Position numbers and translations under genes: made by a program | Assembly (NCBI GenBank): GCA_910592345.1 | Contig: CAJVPI010000386.1 | Span: 1-32,055, forward strand | Length of the DNA stretch: 32,055 nt | Reading direction: 5' to 3' | Source of the DNA: Paraglomus brasilianum | Taxonomy: Eukaryota | In this document: piece after piece, positions 23,933 through 32,055 of the stretch | Layout of the letters: each line of letters starts with the position of its first letter | How positions within the stretch are numbered: the stretch's first letter is position 1 | Notes under the pieces: generated by a model | What the model was told of the DNA's origin: nothing | The model's input: only the letters and a program-made list of their open reading frames with translations | The model's database searches: none

Positions 23933-25736
23933 TTACATTTTTTTCCTACCAATTTCATTTTTATGTAAATAATCAAGTTTTTTCTGCGCATCAACATTTT
24001 CTTGTTTAGCCGCTTTTTGATACAATTCAACTGCCTTCTCAATGTCTTTCTCTACTCCAATTCCATTTTGATAGCAATTTCCAAGGCAATACTGTGCATC
24101 ATCATCTCCTTGTTCAGCTGCTTTTTGATACAATTCAACAGCCTTTTTAACACCTTTCTCTGTTCCATGTCCATACTGATAGCAATGTGCAAGATTATAC
24201 TGTGCATAATCACAGCCTTGTTCAACTGCTTTTAGATATGATTCAAATGCCTTCTTAGCATTTTTTTCTACTTCAGTTCCATAATAATAGCATTCACCAA
24301 GGCTATTCTGTGCACCAGCATCTCCTTGTTCAGCTGCTTTTTGATACAGCTCAACTGCCTTTCTAGCATCCTTTTCTATACCAATTCCATGTCGATAGCA
24401 ATTACCAAGGTTATTCTGTGCACCAGAATCTCCTTGTTCAGCTGCTTTTTGATACAGTTCAAATGCTTTCTTAGCATCTTTCTCTACTCCAATTCCATGT
24501 CGATAGCAATAGCCAAGTTTATTCTGTGCATTAGTATTCCCTTGTTCAACTGCTTGTTGGTATAATTCAACTGCCTTTCCAGCATCTTTCTCTACCCCAA
24601 TTCCACATTGATAGCAATAACCAAGTTTATATTGTACAGCAGCATTAGTATTTCCTTGTTCAACTGCTTGTTTATATAATTTAACAGCCCTTTTAACATC
24701 CTTTTCTACCACAATTCCATTTTCATAGCAAAGACCAAGATTTAATTGCCCTTTTTTGTTGTTAATGATAACTGGATCGATATTATATCTTTGTCCTGTT
24801 CTCGGTAATAGAATTGTAGTGTTTGGGATATAATCTTCTTTTACGTGATAATTAAGTAAATCACGTTGCAATTTTCTCGGCAATAAATCATCAAATAGAA
24901 GAATCTTTTTAAGTGACATATTAAAGAATCTTATGTGAGGTATACAATCTGATATAATATCCTTCACTGTGTTGATGTCATGGGATGACCAATAATCTAG
25001 ATCATTTCCAAGTTCTAATTCAGGCACTTGTTTAGTAGCCCATTGCACAACTGACATCCAAATATCATCTTCTTCCATGCTGAGGTCATCACTCTTGAGA
25101 AGATTGATCAAGGTCTCCTTTGATAAATCGTTTGATTTAAATACAATATCTGGGTGTGAAACCATAATTCGATTGCAATAACGAAGAAGCCCGTTCAAAG
25201 GAGCCATAGAGAGAGCATACTTATGAATTGCGATAATATTCTGTTGAATCCATTCCTTTTGATTCTCAAGCAAATAGGCTTCAACTGCAATAAGAAGATC
25301 AAGTAGTTCGAATTTGCTAGCTCCATCTAGAAGATTAATCCAACCTGCACGTTTGCATGAATCATAGAAAATTTGCCCGGTATAAATAAACCTACAGAAG
25401 CAATTTTATATATTAGTATTGATATAATAAGCATAATATTTTGATATGTTATTCATACGGTTTAACATATTACCTAAGCAGAATTTCGAAAACATCTGGT
25501 GATACATCTTCCAATGTTATAGCGGCCTTTTGAAGCTCTTTAGCCGTCTCTATATTTCCGGTTAAGCTATTCTCAAAGAATGGGTTGCGTGTACATAATA
25601 CCTGTGTATGAGCGAGAAATATTTTGTTGTTTGGCTCCTTTCCAACATAAATTGAAATATCCGCATATTTGCCGCTTTCGTAAAGCTTCTCGTAATATGA
25701 CCAAATGCTTGAGGACAAGTCAACTATGATATTCAT
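23933..25736 (-). CDS. BTB/POZ-BACK domain protein with 7 C-terminal Sel1-like repeats (~573 aa, 2 exons)
   Basis: Exons 25736-25474 and 25391-23933 join as EILLR|FIYTG. BTB motifs: ADISIYVG...FLAHTQVLCTRNPFF...DVSPDVFEILLRFIYTG. BACK-like motifs: DDLSMEEDDIWMSVVQWA...IPHIRFF. Seven ~36-aa AQxxLGxCYxxGxGVEKDxxKAxELYQKAAEQG repeats with ~108-nt period at ~23990-24750. Confidence 0.92.
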
Positions 25737-26269
25737 TTTTCGTGCGTGCAGGGAGGTAGAGGTTTAAAAATAAATCTAAACTAGAAAAGCGGAAACCGTT
25801 AAAAAAGTCCGTCGCGAAAAAGAAAGACGTGTTATTGAAATGCGATGGAACCAAAAAGGGAAAAAGCAGGGGTAAACGTATAAGATGACGTAGGTGGATG
25901 GACAGCCACATAACAATAGAATCGTCTGCTGACATTATCATTCAATTGTTACACTGATACACTGATACTATTGTTTTTGTTTACGGAAACAATTATGACA
26001 GTCGCGAGCCCATATGGGCAAATTCTTTATTGTACCTCTATACTTATGTATATGTTAAAACCAGCTTTAGCAGTTTATCTGTAGTTGGACAATAAAGTCT
26101 TACATTAACGACAGTCGCGATATTATGCCCACGTTTATGCTTTACTATTGGTTGACAGTAATCGTTGTGGCTGACTCTCACACTCCTTACTGCATAAATA
26201 ACAACAACATTTATATTTACAAGGATGCGTACGACAGCATCAAGTAGTATCACTTCGTCATCTAACACG

Positions 26270-26880
26270 CGAACACGCGTCTACTCATACATATATATAC
26301 CCAGATCATTGGGTACGTATCGCTTCACAGCAACCTCTCCTCCTCCAAAGCACAAATACAATGTCAAATATAAAACAAACAATCCACTGTCATTACGCAC
26401 ATACGGCACGAACAAGCCATCAAACAACAAACTCTTAACACTCGACGACTCCACGGTTTATGAACTGATGAAAGAGTTCAAAACACGGCTACTCATACAT
26501 ATACACCCAGACGCTTCTTTCTATTGCGCATGTGTTGCTTCACAACAACATCTCTTCCTCCAAAGTGTAAATCAGCAAACAATCCTTTACGCCATTTCAT
26601 ATTACGCACATACGACAGTTCGCGAACAAGTCTTCTAAAAATGACACGCCACGGTTATCGACCATAACCGATGAAAGAGTTCGAACACAGATCATTGTGC
26701 ATGTATCGCTTCACAACAACCTCTCCTCCTTCAATGCGCAAATACAATGTTATTTAAAAGTTAAATATACAACGAACAGTCCTTGCCACCACTCCATATT
26801 ACGCACTTGCCACAGTTTGCTACAACAAACTCTTAACGGCACGGTTATTGACCATATAATCGACAAAATGGTTCGTACAG
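26270..26880. repeat. Three degenerate tandem units of ~200 bp
   Basis: Units begin at ~26270, ~26481 and ~26683 and share gcttcaca(g/a)caac, attacgcac and cacggtt. The motifs ctactcatacatata, acaacaaactcttaac and gatgaaagagttc each occur in two of the three units. Confidence 0.8.
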
Positions 26881-27303
26881 GAACGAACATTCCGCTCCTC
26901 CACACTAACGTCCATTATTAACGTGTTACCACACCGAGTAGATTAATGATGTGATAAGGAAGTTCGGGAAAAGTCGCTATTGTACACGTAAGTTTATTAA
27001 TTTCAGATTTCGACGTCTTTTCAATCAACAAAGAGGTGTCTTCTTGTCTTCAGTAAAATAAATAATCTCGTCATGAAATAACTCGACAAATTGTTGTATA
27101 TCTACTATACTATTCAGAAGTTACATACGAGTCACTTCCTCGACTTTGAAAAGTTTCCCGACACATAATCTCGCTCTATACTCGGACCGCTTTTGCTTTA
27201 TCGGCACGTTAATTCTACTTGTAATATTCGCCAACACCAAGTCTATTACTGGGAGGACTGAGAAACGGAATAGAAAAAGAGATAGTAAATAGGTAAAGAA
27301 GAA

Positions 27304-27815
27304 AATGGGTGTGCCAACTGACTATTGCTCTTTAATCGGTCTATTAGGTAGCTATTATGCTTCGTCTCTGTTGATGGATAGGTGCGGAGCTGGATCGGGC
27401 GGTGGGTAGTTACCGGTGACGCCCCTCTTACTCTCCATTGTTCCCAATGCTCGCTTGCGGTGAAGGGAACCTGGCATGGGTCTGATGAGTGGGTCACGGG
27501 GGATGCCCGGAACACTCTCAGATATCTCCTTTCTTTTTCCTTTTTTTTATGACACAGCTTTAGGTTACAGTTTTGGTAAGTATTAAGGTAAGTATTCCAT
27601 TGCTTCACGATATACACTAACTCTATTTCTTTTCTTTCTTCTCCCTTTTTTTCTTCACTTGTCGGTTTGCTGCAATGGGACATTGGTGGACGTGGAAGAG
27701 TTTGAGGGACTGATTTGGTGATTACTTAGCTGCTTGTAAAGGATCTGTCCCTGAAGCTAGAGGTGAGTTTGCTACTTGGCATGCCGATTGAGAGCAATAG
27801 TTTTATCTGCCCATT
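27304..27815 (+). mobile_element. Copy 2 of the unclassified TIR-bounded, structured non-coding dispersed element
   Basis: Inverted homologue of 19963-20535. TIR core actattgctctttaatcgg (27321-27339) versus ccgattgagagcaatagt (27784-27801); outer aatggg/cccatt. Confidence 0.75.
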
Positions 27816-29031
27816 ATCTTATTTAATAGTACAATGGTAATAATAATAATAACAATTACAAGAATTATAATGAGCGAAAGAAAAAGGAGAAGTCTTATAC
27901 AAAATTCTTATTAATTTACAAATATCAGTATAAACGTATTGTATCATAATATTGTAATATTGTATTAATATTAATATAAAATAGTCAAATAAATTGACAT
28001 GTTATAATTAAATTTACTTGCACTTGGAACTGGCTAAATTTGACAGTGAACACGATTTATTGTACCCATTCAGGCACGATTTTTTACGTTAACCGTGGAA
28101 TAAAAGAGCGTTTTTTCTCACAGGTCGTTCTAATCCAAAATCAGAGTATAAACAACGCACTCTCATGCACTAGCGAAGGAATGCTCTTCTGGAGTAATCG
28201 GATTTATATGACATGTTCAATATACAAACACAGATATCCAATTTTTAGAATATTTTACTTGCAATTTGATGTGACAATGTCAAAAATACACTGTACCCAA
28301 CGTAAATTCAGAGTTGGGTGAGATACAGATATAGTATCGAAAACTCATAATCTACAATATAGTATTGGAAATTGGAGATTAGCAGCATTTACACGCTAAC
28401 CTGCTGTGAGTGTTATGGTTATACAATTGACACAAGCATATTACTTATAAAATGGTTCATTGTGACCAAGCGAATTTGGCCTTGCCAGATATATTTTTAG
28501 AGAGAATAAACTTCTAACTACAAATTGGTATAATTCCCAGTTGGGTTCATTGAAATAAGCAAGTACACGTAATCGTAATCGATACACTCCGAAAGCATAT
28601 TGCTTTTTTACGCGCTTGGAGATTTTCCCGCGTCACACAAGTCAAAAAAGACTGTTAGGCGCAACGCCTGTGTTTGCATGTGCATGCTGCCTTTTTTGAT
28701 CAAGGAACGCAAAACTCCAAGTAAGATGAGTGCTGTCACAATCGATTATCTGCAAAAAAGAGCATAACGAAACATATTGTTATTCCGAACAAAGATTGTC
28801 CATTAACGAACGAGAAATTTATAATTTCTGCGTCGAAATCATCATAGCTGATTGGTCTGTCATTCATTATCCGAGCTGCCATGTCTCACATGAACCATGC
28901 ATGCTTTGCCGCCCATTCTAACAAAGAAAATATTACTGCTGATTTGGCTCGATCATTTGTATCACTTAATTAAGAGATATTTTTATATAACATGTATTCA
29001 CTACTCCCAAGTAGCTTTCGTCTATAAAGCT

Positions 29032-30357
29032 ATGAAAAACGAAAAGACAAAAGAAGCGGTGGCAACTCCCGTACCGCAGGCTCAGAAAGCGGAAATCGCA
29101 ACTGTCGAATCTCCGCGGAAGCTTACAAGAGGAATAATATTTATTTATCTGAGTGGAATTGGAATAATTGGAATAAGTCTATATCTCCAGAGAGATGCAA
29201 TTAACCCTTGGAGCGAAGAGGGAGGTGACATAAACGTCTTCATTGCGTTGGCTTTACAAGCTGTACTTGTTTTTAAACTATGTCTAGCCGGCTCTGTAAG
29301 TGTAAATTCCTTGTGTGGAATTATAATCTTTAATGTCAGAGGTACTTATATATCGTTATCATTCCGAGCAGGTAACTCCTGCAGACTATATAATCAGAGC
29401 AACTTCAGAGGCAAAACAATTACTGAAGAAGACAGGCAGTGAGATAAAAGATTACAGTAATAGAATTGCTCAAACCGTAAAAACAAGAAATAGACGATGT
29501 TGGGAGTGGGTAATCTTCTCAAGTGTATCGTTATTTGGATCGTATTTTATGATGTGGCGGGAGGAAGACGAGAGCATGATTCTTACAACGGTTAAAGTTG
29601 GCGGCATCTTGTTTGTGTAAGTGACTCGGTTGGGATGACAAATTCCTGGGTTTTTTCTTCAGAATCATTCATTGACTTTGCTTGCAGTATTTGGTTAGGA
29701 AGAAAAATTATTTATTCGTTTTATACGCTCAAGCATAGAGGACAAGGTACTTTTAATTTTGATTGTTAAACCTATTTTTCTTTCCCCATGACGAACTAAA
29801 AAAGATTATCGTTTTTACATAAATTCTAGTCAAGAAACTACAATCTCTACAAAAACAAGCGGTTTCTAAATTTGAAGAATTTCAGAAAATGGCTTGTCTC
29901 AGTGAAACCGCAGGAGTAATCAGCGAATTCAAAGTTGCAATGGTAATTCTGCGTTTGATTCTTGTTCATTATCCGACTAAATTAGACATTCTGACCCACC
30001 AATATTCTCTTCACAATTACTCAGTCACCGGGCACTGCTCCACAGCCCGTACAAGCGAATCATAGACCGCAATCTTCAGGCAAGCCCACCGGGACAAATC
30101 CATCAAGCACGCAAACAAAGTCTTTAAACCTTGGGAAACCGGGCGTTCCCGTGCGTGTTCCTTCACCTGTTCAGAACGAAGGTGAGTCTGTCGGGTGGTT
30201 TACTAAGCTCGCTGCGGCGGTAATTGGTATCAATTTGGAAGAGGATTCGGAAGATGACAGGAGTAACGAAGATGAGATTGTAAGAAAGGAAAACGGTGAA
30301 AAGGAAGTAAGCGAGAATATAGAAAAAAAGGAGGAAGAAAAAGAAGTTTTGCAGTGA
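29032..30357 (+). CDS. Divergent Lunapark (Lnp1)-like ER membrane protein lacking the zinc finger (~337 aa, 5 exons)
   Basis: Exons 29032-29295, 29372-29616, 29688-29746, 29830-29942 and 30025-30357 join in frame. Architecture: coiled coil ending TRNRR, TM pair, coiled coil RKIIYSFY...KKLQSLQKQAVSKFEEFQK...TAGVISEF, Pro-rich linker, then GWFTKLAAAVIG, which resembles the Lunapark WxDxxxDxLxG helix. The gene model is solid; the family call is tentative. Confidence 0.6.
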
Positions 30358-32055
30358 AAAAGAAAGAAGATTGATTAAATATGGACTTTGTGTATTGTAA
30401 AGGATGTTGGTCTCGGTAGTTAAACGACTTTTTAGAGTGAAGGAACATTGATTTGAACTTTTCTCCATTTGACAGTGGTCTTGTTTTCTGTCGTTGTTTT
30501 ATTTTCGTTTATAATTGGATTTAATTTGATTGTATGAATCGCTCTATCACATATAGCGTATGGTACATAGCTCAACCTGTGCCACGGATTCAGAAAGAGG
30601 AATATTACGACAACAGATCAGGACAGAACAATAATCGAGAGGAGAGTCTCAATTATCATTCCATTAGGAAGTTTTTTTTACATAATCATGGTTAAGAATA
30701 GAAACACCATTGTATTCATATTCAGTATTAACATGTCAGTTTGTATTCATTTTATTCACCATTGATCATATTTGACAACAGACTTTATGAAATAATAATT
30801 TATTATACGCATACGTATTACACCCTGTAATATCAACTTGTTCATGAAGACAATTTGTGTTGCATTGGATCATATGAACAGCTTGAACTATCGTCAGCAA
30901 ATTCAGTGAAGCTTGTATTCATCCGATTCAACTCTCGTTGAAGGTGGCTCTTTTATTTTTATAGTAACTTTCTTGAAGTATCAACGTCAAAGCTATTGGT
31001 AAAGAAAAATATTAGTACAACGTGATCAACATTCGAGATAAAGATATAGCAGAAGAACAAGAAAAGAACAAACGAAAACTGATTGGCGTCATGAAATTTG
31101 TTAAAACATTTGAGCTAAAATAAAAATGCCACTAATCTTATAGTTTACATGGTTGATTACATCAAATTGTGGGGAATCCTTTATTACAATATCATTAATT
31201 TATTTAATTAATATCAAGACGCTCAATCAAAAGACGTCTATTTATAGAACCACAGTACCAAAGACAAACAGGTACACTAACATCGAGCCGAGCAAGTTGT
31301 CATATGAATAGATTGTCATAATGAAAATGTATGCGGAGGGGATAGTGTAAAGAATCATAGATGCAATTTTACAGGTTTGTATTGTAACAAACATGTTTAA
31401 TACATTAATCAGGAGGGTCATAATAGTCGTGAGGGGTACTTTTCGCCGTCCATTCAGTGAGTTGCCCCATAGATTAATACCTTGTGGTAAATATGCTAGT
31501 TCTCGTGCTCAAAATTATAGATAATGTAACTCTTGTTTAAGGAATATTGCGTTAATTGAGTAGGTAATACTTTTGGTAGCAGGAACAATTATGGATAGCT
31601 ACATATAATCTTGATGAATAGAGCAATTTCAACTCGTTCGGATAATTATCAAAGTCTTGCACGTCAATTGATACGTTACACTAATGTTCTCCTTTTCGGA
31701 AACAATTATGATAATACAAGCGGACGTCTTAATATTAATACAACTTATGCTCTCTTATTGGTCGGCAATAATTATTGGCTGGTAATTGTCGTTGGGCTTA
31801 TCAATTATTGGTGGACGCGACACACGTACACCTTTATCATAGATTTTAAATAGATATCGGCACGTTCGTATTAGTATAATGATTTCAAAGCATATACATA
31901 ACGGACCGTCAATAAAAAGGCTTTTTCTCTGGAACGGAATTTGTTACTAAATAATATCTGATATAAAACTCACAACTCGATACAGTAACGTGCAAAAGTA
32001 TCCTACCGGTTGTATCATCTAAACGTACATAATAATAACTCCTTAAATTTTCCAG

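Noticed and set aside
27482..27520. CTGATGAG resembling a hammerhead ribozyme core
   Set aside because: No GAAA after a stem II (both copies read CCCGGAACAC), no stem I partner, and copy 1 has CTGAGTAG at this position.
30700..31000. Possible minus-strand exon remnants with repeated ttgtattcat
   Set aside because: The frames I translated are interrupted by stops and show no recognisable motif.

Overview
AT-rich, intron-containing eukaryotic DNA with short GT-AG introns and CTAAC/CTGAC branch sites. It is most consistent with an early-diverging fungus, and the BTB-BACK/Sel1 gene points to Glomeromycotina or Mucoromycota (inference). Intact genes I could splice by hand: a two-TM PY-motif membrane protein (6842-8062), a multi-TM hypothetical protein (10928-12588, -), a CARM1/PRMT4-type arginine methyltransferase (15702-17431), an ABZ2/PabC-like class IV PLP enzyme (18024-19241), a BTB-BACK-Sel1 protein (23933-25736, -) and a divergent Lunapark-like protein (29032-30357). 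Decayed or mobile DNA: a near-full-length but multiply frameshifted Fanzor2 (eukaryotic TnpB) RNA-guided nuclease relic (~425-1720, -), a truncated choline/ethanolamine kinase pseudogene, a 155-bp TA-flanked Tc1/mariner/pogo-type MITE, a degenerate repeated-exon locus and several tandem repeats. The least explained signal is a ~510-570 bp non-coding element present twice in inverted orientation (~19963-20535 and ~27304-27815). It has terminal inverted repeats, several stems preserved between the diverged copies through G-U or compensatory changes, and conserved splice signals, so it is a candidate structured mobile RNA. All family assignments come from motif recognition by eye; no database searches were run.
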